Part shown: positions 39,785 to 52,517 of the stretch, piece after piece
How the letters are laid out: each line of letters begins with the position of its first letter
Position numbering within the stretch: the stretch's first letter is position 1
Source of the DNA: Octopus vulgaris
Lineage: Eukaryota
Length of the DNA: 64,000 nt
Direction of reading: 5' to 3'
Assembly: GCA_951406725.2 (NCBI GenBank)
Contig: OX597829.1
Span: 57,350,001-57,414,000 of the forward strand
The notes under the pieces: generated by a model
Databases searched by the model: none
What the model was told of the DNA's origin: nothing
Seen by the model: only the letters and a program-made list of their open reading frames with translations
Program-made: the position numbers and the translations under genes

Positions 39785-39996
39785 CACGTGACCTCTCTAT
39801 TATGACCACACCCACGTGACCTCTTTATTATGACCAATAAGAAATTTTAGGCGCGACACTAGCCAAATTTTAACATCTCTGGAGCCTATTTTCTTACCCC
39901 AACACCAACTTCCATTCAAACATTCACGTGACCCCTTTATAATGACCAATCAAAATTGTATTGACTATTGTCCACAAGAAATTTTAGGCGCGAAAC
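39785..39996 (+). promoter_or_regulatory. Putative pLTR promoter module (E-box, CCAAT, E2F-like), internally duplicated
   Basis: cacgtgac at 39785, 39813 and 39925. ccaat at 39834 and 39946. ttttaggcgcga at 39845 and 39982. Mirrored at ~36745-36960. Confidence 0.4.
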
Positions 39997-40120
39997 CAAG
40001 CAAATCTTAAACAACTCTGGAGCCTCTTTTTTCACATATAAGAGACAGCAAACCCAACATAAAGTCAGATAAGAGAAAAAAAATCTATCAGAAAGGAACT
40101 CTATCTCTCTTAAAAAGATA

Positions 40121-40160
40121 TCTTTTGATAAGCATAACAAATGCGCAACCGGTAAAATGA
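40121..40160 (+). ncRNA. Variant hammerhead-like motif in right PLE terminus (family G)
   Basis: tctt | TTGATAA | gcat-aacaa-atgc | GCAA | ccgg | TA | aaatga. Confidence 0.45.
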
Positions 40161-40270
40161 ACTTTCACCTAATTAAATACACTCTCTCTTAAATTATTTT
40201 GTCAGCATTTTCTTCATTTCCTTTCTTTATATATCACAACTCGTGTTCCACATCTCCTTTTTTAAATATA

Positions 40271-40303
<33 letters not shown>

Positions 40304-40366
40304 GTATAGATATATATATAGATATCTATCTATATACATATATACATACATACATGCATGCATATA

Positions 40367-40394
<28 letters not shown>

Positions 40395-40398
<4 letters not shown>

Positions 40399-41103
40399 AA
40401 TTAGAAAAAAACCACCTTTTATGAATTCAACAATGAAAAAATTTAATTGTATCATATAGAAAAAAATTACATCCTTTTTTTTAGTATATATTACTTAGTT
40501 AGAATAAGATTTAACTTTAATGTTCATTAAATAAATTAATTAATTAATAATGTAATTTAATGTATATAGATTAAATTATAGTATTTTAGTTTTCACTTAA
40601 TGTATACGTTGTATTATATATATATATATATATTTGTTTTAAATAATTTAATTAATTGTATTTTATTTTCTAGTAATGATATATTATAGTTTGTTATTCT
40701 TTTCTTTTATGTGTTAAATTTTATTTTTATTGATATAATAAATATTTATACCTATTTATGCTATTTTTATTTACACCAGAATATATATTTGTTAAGATAT
40801 TTCGTATTTTACAAGATTATATATGTATATTTATTTATTTAATTATTTTATTGTTTTTATCTTTGACCTGAAGAGTAGCTATATTTAAATTGAATTGATT
40901 TTACTGTTATCAGTTCTTAAATATAGCCACGAAACACGTGTAGTCATTTTACCAAATATACACGCTTTATTTATTATTTTGTACATTACTTAAACATTGG
41001 TATATGTTTTTATCTTACGTTTAATTTTTTCTATACGTTGTAATTTTTTTCTGTATGGTATAATAAAATTTTTTCATTGTTGAATTGATAAAAGCTGTTT
41101 TTT

Positions 41104-41110
<7 letters not shown>
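40395..41110 (+). mobile_element. Hammerhead element family E, copy 2, with inverted ~80-bp copy of its 3' end at the 5' side
   Basis: 40401-40471 is inverted at ~41039-41108. Flanked by (TA)n. Confidence 0.75.
40864..40946 (+). ncRNA. Type-I hammerhead ribozyme, extended stem II (family E)
   Basis: tgac | CTGAAGA | gtagctatatttaa...ttaaatatagccac (56 nt) | GAAA | cacgtg | TA | gtca. Confidence 0.85.
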
Positions 41111-41159
<49 letters not shown>

Positions 41160-41370
41160 TGAAATTTGATTTAGTATTTCTAAATTGAATTTTTCCCTGT
41201 AAGTTTGGAATAATATTCCCTAATATATATATATATTAATCAGCCGAAATTTGCTATGATGATCCGGTTTCTGACTGAAGATTAAAGGCTTCGAATGACC
41301 CGTCTGTTTTCTGTGTTCGTCCCTTTATGTATTTCACGTTCTTGTTTCTTTATATATAATTTTTATTCCT

Positions 41371-41508
<138 letters not shown>

Positions 41509-41535
41509 ATCTATATCTATCTTTCTATCTATCTA

Positions 41536-41626
<91 letters not shown>

Positions 41627-41631
<5 letters not shown>

Positions 41632-41927
41632 CGCAATAGCCCAGTGGTTAGAGCAGCAGACTTGCGGTCGTAGGATCGCGGTTTCGATTCCCAGACCGGG
41701 CGGTGTGAGTGTTTATTGAGCGAAAACACCCAAAAGCCCCACGAGGCTCCGACAGGGGGTCGTGATCCCTGCTGTACTCTTTCACCACTCTTTCTCCCAC
41801 TCTTTCTTCTGTTGGCCTGCTCGCTTAGCCAGCGGGGTGGCGTCATTGGAAGGCTAAAACAATGCGAACGCATTGTGACCAGCAATGTGTAACTACATCT
41901 GATGGACTAGTCGGTCACGTGAACACA

Positions 41928-41930
<3 letters not shown>
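41627..41930 (+). mobile_element. tRNA-derived SINE (tRNA-Arg-like head)
   Basis: ggcgcaatagcccagtggttagagcagcagacttgcggtcgtaggatcgcggtttcgattccc carries A and B boxes. Body shared with 33140-33450. Confidence 0.88.
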
Positions 41931-41978
<48 letters not shown>

Positions 41979-41982
<4 letters not shown>

Positions 41983-43455
41983 GTAATTAAGAATGAAATG
42001 TTGAAATGTCCGATTTTCTTATGCACCAAGTTTGACAGTCGTTAATTCTAATGTTTTATTCTGACAATTCTTTTTTTACAACATTGAAGAGTTACATCAT
42101 CACTTTTCGAAATGCAATTCATGGTGTCTGATTATATTGTTTGTTTTCTCTTGTAAATCAATTTTTGTGAACTCTTGGAGAGATAAAAAATTCATGTTCT
42201 TTATGAATATGAGTTCTATTGTGGAACCAGTACATCCCACACAGCCCAAAACACCAATGAGATGTTTGGTGAAGATGTAGCGAATGAGTGTACTGTACGT
42301 TGATGGTTTGAGGAGTTCCGGTCTGGTGACTTCACTCTTGAAAATCAGCTGCATGATAGACTTGAGACCAAGGTGGATAATGACGAGCTGGAAACTGTAG
42401 TGGAAGCAGATACATCTCAAACTATGCATGAGTTAGCAGCAAGGTTTGAGGTTTCGATTCAAACTGTATTGGACTATCTGAAACAAATTGGCAAAGTAAA
42501 GAAGCTGGACAAGTGGGTACACTTGCTGTTCTTTGCTGTCACAGCATAAAATCAAGCCACTTTTGCATCGTATTGTTATGTGTGATGAAAAATGAATTAT
42601 TTTCGATATAGCAAGCATTCTGCATGGTAGTTGGATAGAGATGAAGTGCCAAAATACAATTCAAATAAGAGTATTCACCAAAAGAAGCTAATGGTGTCTG
42701 TTTGGTGGTCCAGCGCTAGTGCCATCCACTACAGCTTCATGAGACCTGGTAAGTCAATTACAGAGGATCTATACATCAACCAATTGGATGAAATGATGAG
42801 TGAACTTGCAATTAAACAACCGAGATTGGTCAATAGAGACAGACCAATTCTCTAGCAAGACAATTCTCGACCATATGTTGCACAAAGACCGCTACTCAAG
42901 TTACAGGAACTGAACTCAGAAGTACTCTGTCATCCACCATATCCAGCAAACGTTGCACCAACTGACTTCCATGTTTTCCAGGAATTGAACAACTTTTTGC
43001 AATGAAAAACTTCAAATCTGAAGATGCAAAAACAGCCTTTTGTAACACAGTTCTATATTTAAGAGATGAGGAATTATGTTGTTGTTGTTGTTGTTATTTT
43101 TGTTGTTGTAATAATAACATTGAAGAATACCTTAGGAATGAGAACCCAGGCTGGAAATTTCCCCATGACACTTGATGAAGGCTGGAGGGTATATCAGCCG
43201 AAATGTTGTGTTAACAACAAACAAAATAAGGACAAATAGCCATCAAATGTCAATAATGTAACTAAGCCTTATGTAATTTCATCATATCTTGCTCTCCAGA
43301 ATTCTTCGCTGCTGGCATAGATAAGCTACCGATAAAATGGCAAAATTGTGTTGATAATTTAGATGCATACTTTAATTAATTGCATTGCTTTTTGTTGAAA
43401 TAACGTAAAATAAACTTTCCGTTCAAAATCGGACGTTTCATTGTTAAATACCTGA
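41979..43455 (+). mobile_element. Decayed mariner transposon (TIRs present), interrupted by a hammerhead-bearing insert
   Basis: TIR remnants tcaggtaattaagaatgaaa / tttcattgttaaatacctga. Peptides CDEK, KKLMVSVWWS, QDNSRP, HPPY, APTDFH. Confidence 0.85.
43045..43263 (+). mobile_element. Short hammerhead-bearing element (family H) inserted in mariner with ~12-bp target duplication
   Basis: TSD agccttttgtaa / agccttatgtaa. Motif acac | TTGATGA | aggctg..cagcc | GAAA | tg | TT | gtgt at 43168-43211. Confidence 0.7.
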
Positions 43456-43639
43456 TTTATTTATTTATCTATCTATCTGTCTGTCTGTCTATCTGTCTGT
43501 CTGTCTATCTGTTACCTATCTATCTGTCTATCGATCTATCTGTCTGTCTGTCTGTCTGTCTGTCAGTCTGTCTGTCAGTCTGTCTGTCTATCTGTCTGTC
43601 TGTCTGTCGATCTATCTCTCTATCTATAAAAAACCAGCA

Positions 43640-43780
43640 CTGCTACCCACACCGCCATATGCACAACTAATTAAACAACTATATAAACAAATGAAGGAAC
43701 ATCAGCAACCAACAAGTCAGCCCCAACCAAACAACACCACCACCACCACCAGCGCCACCAAGAACAGAAACAACACCATC

Positions 43781-43812
<32 letters not shown>

Positions 43813-44454
43813 CAATAACAACTTCAAAGGAGGAAGAGAAAACCCAAAACCCCGTACACGACACCCCAACTGTCACCAACCAGCACCAACACCAATAACA
43901 GTCAACACACTTAGAAATAGACCCCCAATACATTCCCCCATCCCACCTTCTGATTCCTCCTCCGATATGTCGTCAGATGAAGACGACATGTCGGAGGATT
44001 GGTAAGGGGCCACAGTGGGGGGAGGGGGAGGAGAAAAAGAGGGGACAAAAGAATAGAGAAGGAGACAAACAAAGCAGGGAGGTTTACCACTCCGGAAACC
44101 AAAACACCTGCAGAAAACAAAAGCGTCAACACAAACAGACCAACACCAAACCCCGCAACAATGTTGACATCAACAACCCCGACCTAATGGAATTCATTAG
44201 GTCAAGCACCAACATAACCGAAAATGATACCGAAACAAAGAATCACCCACGCACAACACATTAAAATCATACACAAAACACAGAACACACACAGCACCCT
44301 GAAATCTCTCTACCCTGATGCAGTTGGGATATTTCAAAAATACCTGTGTTAAAAACTATACAAAACCTTCTGGCAGAAGACTGTGAGTTGAAGAACAAAG
44401 AACTTTCGGACAGTAATTGTCTCTCTCTCTCTCTCTCTCCCTCTCCCTCTCTCT

Positions 44455-44506
<52 letters not shown>

Positions 44507-47500
44507 TCGTCTTCCTTTCGTATGTAAAACACAACTTTCGATAGCAACATGCTCAAAATAAGCAGTATAAATGAACATGGCTTAGGATCGCCTTAGAAAC
44601 AAGGCTACCTCTTAAACGACTTCAAGTCACAAAATCTGCATATCATAGCCATCAGCGAGACCAGACTCCACAGCCCGCGAGCACTCCAGCACATGTTCGG
44701 CGGACATTTCGACATTTATTTTTCTCCGTGTCTGCCGATAATGGGCGGAGGTGGCACCGCGGTGCTTCTTCGGAAGAGTCTGGACCTCAAAGTAAGAGCA
44801 ATTTTCCTAGACCCAGAGGGTAGGCTGGTTGTCTTGGATGTCGATGGCAGCAATGATTGTGCTTTTCGACTGATAACAGGTTATGCACCGTCCTTAACAG
44901 GCCGGCCAGATTTCTTTCGACGTCTAGAGGTTTTCCTGGGTACGTCTCGACCTTTACTTTTAGTGGGGGATTGGAACGCCACCCTGGACACGCATCTAGC
45001 CTACGTGGGCAGAGATAATAATAGGAGGGTATGCAAATGCCTCAAAGACCTGCTCAGACGTTTCCAACTGTCTGACAGGTACCGACTGGACCACCCGAAT
45101 CTGCCAATGTGGACATGGAGCAACCGCATCGGGTCATCCAGATCATACTTAGATAGAGTATTCTGTAGGACAGTGGATAAGGATAGTGTAGGTTGTCCAC
45201 AATTCCATATAGTCAGCTACACAAACCACAAATTTTTCACTTGTACACTTGACTTAGATAAGACACATAGGCAGGGTCCCGGTTACTGGAAGCTGAACGC
45301 GTCTTTCACGGCACACCAGGCTTACCGGGACCGGATTAGCACATTAGTCAAGAGAGCATTGACGGGTGCCGTCATCAACAACAGATGGTGGTGTGTATTA
45401 AAGAAAGCAATTAAAGCAGAATCGGTTAGGTACAGTAAGGCCCTAGTATTAGACCGAAATAGAATAGAGGGAGATTTAGTTAAGAATTTTGAAGAAGCAC
45501 TAAAAATTGACATCGCGTCCAACGTACTGGCAGCGAGGTTGGCCCTCGACCAACACCTCAACGCCAAACACGAAGGATGCGTGCTCTGAGGAACGAAGAA
45601 GTTGGAGCCGTCCGAGAGGCCCGAGTGGCGGAGGCACAACGAGGCAACAGAGCCACCATTAGGTCACTTACAGATGAACAGGGGCGCGAATTACTCGAGC
45701 CTGAAAGGATGTGTGAGGCCTTTCAACAACACTTTGCCCGACTGTTCGGGACAACTGGTGGGTCTGAACACAGAGTGGACTTTAGTGCCTACCTGCATGG
45801 CCTGCTACGACTCTCAGCAAGAGAGGCGGAGTGTTGTGAAAGACCCACGATAGCCGCGGACATACGGGATGCGATGGCAGGCTGCGCGACAGACAAGTCA
45901 CCAGGTTTGGATGGTCTGCCCTACGAACTTTATTCTCATATGCCAGACTTGTGTGGAGACGTCTTGGCAACTGTCTACTGCAACTAGCAGCAAAACGGGA
46001 GTATCCCCGCCTTTGTAAAGCGAGGAGCACTGCTAAAGAAAGATCTAAACAAGGGGACGTCATAGATACCTTCAGGCCCATCACTCTGCTCAACGCAGAT
46101 TTGAAAATTTTGGCCAAGATGTTAGCCGAGATGTTGGCGCTTGTCATCGAGAAACTAGTCGACAAGGCGCAAACGTGCGTCGTGGCGAGTAGGAGTATCC
46201 ATGACAACCTCCATCTTTTGCGCTACATCATAGACAGGGTAGTTAACGAACTTGGAATGGGTGGAGCACTGATCAATTTGGATCAATCAAAAGCTTTCGA
46301 TAGGGTAGACCATCACTACTTGGCGGCTGTCCTTAAAGCGGCTGGTTTCTGCCCCATATTCCGCGGTTGGATCGCTGCCTTATACAGCGGCATCCGTTCA
46401 GTAGTTCGCGTAAATTGTCATCTATCCAGACCTTTTAACATCATGCGTTCGGTTCGTCAAGGTTTCCCCCTCTCATGGCTTCTGTATGTATTGACTCTGG
46501 AGCCACTACTGCGGAAACCGGCGACTCTGAGGGGTATCCCACGAGAGCTGGGATGCGGGAGGAGCGTGTCTGTATACGCGGACGACGTCACCGTCATAAT
46601 GTCGAACCACAAGCACATCGAGCTGGTCGGCGAGACACTAAAAGAATACGAAGCAGTAACGGGAGCAAAAATTAACCGGGAAAAGTCAGTGGACTTGCGG
46701 CTCGGTACCTGGAGAAGCAAGCCCATGACGTCCAACGGCGTCTCTATTGTGGGACGCTGGACCGACGGACCGGTTAAATTGCTCGGGGTCTGGTTCGGTC
46801 CGGACCTCCAAGTGGAGAAGAACTGGGGCGAAATAACGACTAGGGTGGCCACTCTCACTCAGCAATGGGCCGAGTGGAAGCTATCCCTAAAAGGTCGGGC
46901 GGAGGTGGTGAACGCGTACATCGCATCCGTCATCGATTACCGTCTGACAGTCGTGCCTTGTCCCAACCTTACCATCACCAAACTGGAACGTATACTCTTC
47001 CGCTTCCTGTGGAAAGGAAGCGTTCCGATGGTCAGGCGATCCATTTGCTGTCAACACCCGCTAAATGGAGGACTAAGCATGCCGTGGTTGATGATGCGTA
47101 GACATACGCTGAGACTGCGACATCTCCGGCGCTTCATAGACGACGGTCGACATGTGTAGTCGACGTTTGTGCGACGCGCTTTCCCACAGCTCGTCTCCTT
47201 GGCCGAACTACAATCGTGGATCAAACAGAGACCGAGGCTTGGCGAATGGCACCGCGAGTGTCGCGTTGCTCTCAAGCAACTCTGCCGTCCGGGACCAAAC
47301 TTGTGCGACTTCATTACAACAAAGGCGTTCTATAGAGGATTAGTGGAGAGTCGGGACCTATGGACAATCACCAAAGATCCCTGGCCCGGCAGTGCTATCG
47401 AGATGCATTAGCTGTTCGGGATAAGCTCTACAGGCACGGTTCGAGACAAATTCTTCTGTGATAAACGATCCCTTTTGATCGACTTTTTTTTCCCCGATCC

Positions 47501-47615
47501 CTTTTGATCGGAATTTTACTTTTTTCTCCCCTTTTTTCTTTTCTTTTGCGAGAAGAAAAGCTCTACATTTGTATTTATCCCTTCTGTGTTCAGCCCTGTG
47601 TGGCCAATAAAGAAA
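43640..47615 (+). mobile_element. Tx1/L1-group LINE (possible ORF1 remnant, APE, RT, internally deleted 3' end)
   Basis: APE 44693-45589 (GRLV, VGDWNA, SRSYLDR, GPGYWKLN). RT 45577-47159 (KSPGLDGLP, RPITLLNADLKI, DQSKAFDRV, VRQG, YADDV). The ORF1 assignment of 43640-44265 is tentative. Confidence 0.9.
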
Positions 47616-47699
47616 GTTATCTATCTATCTGTCTGTGTGTGTGTGTCTGCCTGTCTGTCTATCTATCTATTTGTTATCTATCTATCTGTCTATCCATCT

Positions 47700-47736
<37 letters not shown>

Positions 47737-47737
47737 T

Positions 47738-48950
47738 AACACCCGTTAAAAGGAGGGCTGGGCATGCCGTGGTTGATGATGCGCAGACATGCGTTGAGAC
47801 TGCGACATCTCTGTAGATGACGGTGAACAGGTGTGGTCGCCGTTTGTGAGGCGCGCTTTCCCACAGCTCGTCTCCATGACCGAACTGCAGTCGTGGATCA
47901 AAAAGAGACCGAGGAAGGGCGAATGGCACTGTGAGTGTCGCGTTGCTCTCTTGCAACTATGCCATCCCAGGTCGACATAGAGCGACTGCAACACAACCAA
48001 AATATTCTATAGTGGAGGGGAGGTGCGACGACGATCTCGGGGTGAACCTGGGCGTCGACGAGGAATATCTGACCTGTCTGTTTAAGACGACTTTCGGGCA
48101 GAGACCTATGGAGATCCCTGGCCTAGCTATTGAGAAGCGCTACCCGTTCGGGATAAGCTCTATAGACACGGCTCGAGAAACACGGGGTCGACCTGCCCGA
48201 GATGCAGTCAGAGCGACGAAACCGTTCTGCACGCACTCGTACAGTGTCCAACCATTTCCGACCTGTGGGACTACGTCGAACGACTGCTATCACGTGTGAG
48301 ACGAGTCGATTTATCAACTGAGTCTATCGTGAATATTGTCACGCCTCCTTCCTTGAAACGGGAAGGATGAGCCTTTTTCATCGTACTGTGTATGGTGAAC
48401 GCGTCTGAAAGGTTTAGAGACAAACACTTTCCTCTCTGGTCAATCTCTCATCAACTTTTTCAAGTATCACTTGAAAAGGAAAGTGAGAGTAGAGAGGGAA
48501 GTTTTGTCTAGCGACTGTTTTAAAAAAAGATGGGTGAATGTAGCAAGGATGGCACGTGTGAATGACGAAGCCACCTTGAGCATGATCCTATGAACGACGA
48601 AGCCACCTTGAGCATGATCCTATGAACCAGAAAAAGAAAGGAAAAAAAGAGAGTCACTTACTGTAATGTGTTTTTCGCACGACATTATTGCCCGAGGTTA
48701 CCGTGGTTTTTTCCGTAGGCTTTTCTTTCCACGGATAAACCTAATCTGTTTCCCATTTTACACTATGATATTTCTGTGATACACGATCCCTATTGATCGG
48801 CTTCCCACCTTTTTTCTTTCTTCTTTTTCTTCACGATCCCTTTTGATCGATATTCTACCCCTTTTTTCTTTTTTTCTTTCCTTCCCAAAAAGAAAGCTCT
48901 TTGTATTTTGTCCCCTCTGTGTTCAGCTCTGTTTGGCCAATAAAGAAACA
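47738..48950 (+). mobile_element. Second Tx1-family copy, 5'-truncated, with fuller 3' UTR
   Basis: Starts homologous to ~47054 and ends with the same ...ggccaataaagaaa tail. Contains a 32-bp tandem duplication at ~48563-48626. Confidence 0.88.
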
Positions 48951-48987
48951 TATTTATCTATCTAATTAGCTAGTTAACAGTATGTGT

Positions 48988-49026
<39 letters not shown>

Positions 49027-49179
49027 AACACACAAACTCACACACTCACACACACACACTTCAATCTGGTCCTCTCACTACACAACATTAACCAACTTCT
49101 TCTTTTCTGCTTCTCTCCCAACTAAATATTATTACCTATTTCCTAGCTTCTAGCTACAGGTACAGTTCCCTGTTATCTA

Positions 49180-49215
<36 letters not shown>

Positions 49216-49234
49216 TCTTTTACACTGTCTTACA

Positions 49235-49437
49235 CTCTTCTACTTGTTTCAGTCATTTGACAGTGGTCATGCTGGAGCACTGCCTTTAGTCAAGTAAATC
49301 GACCCCAGGACTTATTCTTTGTAAACCTAGTATTTATTCTATCAGTCTCTTTTGTCGAACTGCTAAGTTACAGGGATGTAAACACACTAGCATCGGTTGT
49401 CAAGCGATGTTGGGGGGGACACACAAACATATACACA

Positions 49438-49481
<44 letters not shown>

Positions 49482-49630
49482 TATGACGGGCTTCTTTCAG
49501 TTTCCGTCTACAAAATCCACTCACAAGGTTTTGGTTGGCCCGAGGCTATAGTAGAAGACACTGGCCCAAGGTGCCATGCAGTGGGACTGAACCCAGAACC
49601 ATGTGGTTGTTAAGCAAGTTACTTACCACA
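49235..49630 (-). mobile_element. tRNA-derived SINE
   Basis: Reverse of the 5237 family. Confidence 0.88.
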
Positions 49631-52329
49631 CAGACACATACACATGCACACACACACATACACACACACACACACATGCACACACTAATCCCACACGTGC
49701 ACACACACACACACGTGCACACACACATGCACACACAGACACACACACAAACACATGCACAACATTCAGTCTCCCGGCTGTAGTATGGTCACATTAAATG
49801 CAGGGCAATTTTAAAAAATAAAAATTTTAAAAAAACATGTCCTATATGTCATTAACAAATTAATTGCTTTCCTCCTCCTCCTCCTCCTTCTTGTATAAGT
49901 GTCTTCTTTGTCATGTCTGAACTTTGATGGATGACTTGTCTAGCATCACATGTGTGGAAGAGCTCAGTAAGAGCTGAAATAAGGTGATAATCACCAGACA
50001 AATACATAAAAAGTGTGTTGTATGCTAGGGAGCTGGATGAGCACAAGTCTGCTTGCCATAATACTTGTTGCTAATAGCATAAAATTGAAATCAAGCCAAA
50101 ATATCATAAGAGTGTTTGTCTCCCTCTTCAACAGACATAAACTACACAACTGATGGGTGTCTTACATTCTTATATGACCGTGTTACCTTTTAAGAAACAT
50201 TTTTTAATCATCCAAAGGAAAATTCCACTTGAAAGATTAAACGAATGTTAAATTTTCATCCTCCTCCTCTCAGTTATTTGTGATGATTGGATGATAACAA
50301 AATCATTGCAGGGGTGTGCCACCTGGTGACTGATCCCAGTAATACAAATATCAGCCAGAAATAGTTCTACTTCTTGTATGGCAATTCTGTTGAGCAAAAT
50401 ATGAGCCACAACACAATTGACTTGAAAGAAGATAAAATTTGAAATGAAATACAAGTTTAACCTAGTTTATTTATTATAATTTTATGGTTTCATATTTTAT
50501 TCCACTGATACACAGATTGCATTTAAGCACAGACTCATACGTTTTCCATTGCAAAACCAGTTTGACACATTAACTACTGCATGTACACCACTGGTGATTC
50601 ATCACATACTTCACACAACTTCTGTATATACCATTGGTAGTACATTTCCATAATTTGAGAAAATATCTTATTCTGTGTATTTGACATGGTTTTCAGCATA
50701 CTTAAATAGCATGAAAGTTTAATTATGAAATATTGCAAAAATGCAAAGAAATTACATTTCCCTGTAATTAAACAGTTTGCAGTGTGATTCAAAATATGTG
50801 GTGTCTCTGGTAAGTTCCAGTTACAGGCTGCGGCAGTTAATGTGTTAAATTATCCTTCAATTACTGTATGATGAAACATGTTAAATTCTTTTCTCACAAA
50901 ATATACCTGTAAAACAGGGGTGCAGCTTATACACCTGTACATACATCATGTCTAATGCAATAAACATCAGAATATATTTCTACTATTAATTTCTGGAAAG
51001 ATCTACAGGGCTTTGAAGGAAATTATGTAGATCTGGCTATGATCTTGAATAACATCTAGTAGTGAGCTCTTGATGAAGGGTTCCAGGGTTTTGAGGGGCA
51101 TGAGAATACCGCTTAGTTTCTGTTGTTCCCGAGTTTAATTTGACCCAGAGAAGTAGCACCTATCAGGATCCCTATTATGGTATAGATACAGGTCAGCTAT
51201 GACTATGGGAATAAACAGCCTTGGACCAAAGTACTGGTTGCCCCTTGGCAAAACCTTGCAACTAGTAACCACCTGAGCCAAAGTTATGCTGAAATCATGG
51301 GGTGCAGCATGGTGGATGTGAACAATTTCAGCTGATTAACCTATGGAGTCCATCTGAATACCGCTTAGTGCTGAGCAGGTGAACAAACACAGACGCTGCC
51401 AATAGCCAAGATCAACTGCTTCATTTAGTGAACTACTGCTATCATCTGTATTTATTGATAGATGAGGCGTTGAGTTATTGAAAGACCAATGTGATTTATT
51501 GGTCAGGGGAAGTCACCTGACTGGAAGATGAAGACAAGATAAACAGTAACTGTGTAAAAAGCTATCATATAGACAAGTCCACCTTAGCTACATTATAGAC
51601 CCTTAGGCAAGTCTATTCACTGGGTTCCATGCTATTTATTTATTGACTGCAAGCCACAACATATATACATGGCATTGTATATAGAGTATTCTTGTTTAGG
51701 GGGAGTAGAATCCACACTTCACCTCATGTTTAAAACCAACATTTTGTCTTTGGAGGCCATTCTAATGTGAGAATTATGAGCAGTTTTGTGGGTTGAGTTA
51801 AGCAACAAGTTGCAGACGTTTCTCTGCTGACTTGGAATTCTTTTGAAGGTCTTGTAAACGGTTCAGAAGGCAATGCACTTCTAACTTTTTCTCAGACTTA
51901 AAAATGGAAATAAACATCATTGTGTCTGTTTATATACACGTCTATGTATGCATTGCATGTATGTTCGTACATGCAATGCATACTTAACCCCCCCTACACA
52001 TACATAAGTGTGTGTGTATATATGTCTGTGTGTATCAACAATACTGAGAAAGGTTGAAAATGTCTTAGATATTTATACATACATAGATACATCATATATA
52101 CATAAATGCATACATACACATACATACACACATACATATACACACATACATATACACACACACATATGCATGCACACACACATGCACGCACGCACACACA
52201 GACACACATGCATGCGCGCACACACGTGCACACACACACACACACACACAGAAAATATACAGATTGCAATGAATAAATTGTCTACATTCTTCAAAAATGA
52301 ATATAACACTGACATCTCATTTTAGAAGA

Positions 52330-52515
52330 TATATTTTCCGAAATTACATAGAAATATCTTGAAATACTAAACAGTAAATTTATTCAACAAAATCGCCATT
52401 GACTTCAACCACAGCCTCCAGACAACTTTGGAATCTCCTGCAACTCTTCTGGATGGTCTCCTTGTTTAAGTTGGTGAATGCTGTCATAATCCTTGCCTTC
52501 AGTTCATCTTTCATG
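52330..52515 (-). mobile_element. Tc1/mariner transposase C-terminal remnant
   Basis: KDELKARIMTAFTNLNKETIQKSCRRFQSCLEAVVEVNGDFVE*. Confidence 0.7.
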
Positions 52516-52517
52516 AG

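Larger units (their letters stand above)
36505..40266. mobile_element. Penelope-like element in tail-out inverted configuration (1.59-kb arms, 554-bp spacer)
   Basis: 36505-38090 is the near-identical reverse complement of 38645-40233. The spacer encodes the RT C-terminus on the minus strand. Flanked by (TA)n. Confidence 0.95.

Noticed and set aside
41629-41702. tRNA gene
   Set aside because: The tRNA-like head continues into a SINE body shared with 33140-33450, and the acceptor stem does not close.
51946-51983. Small hairpin gtatgcattgcatgta..tacatgcaatgcatac, also 28801-28841
   Set aside because: Short and built from self-complementary low-complexity units or lacking any context. No functional evidence.
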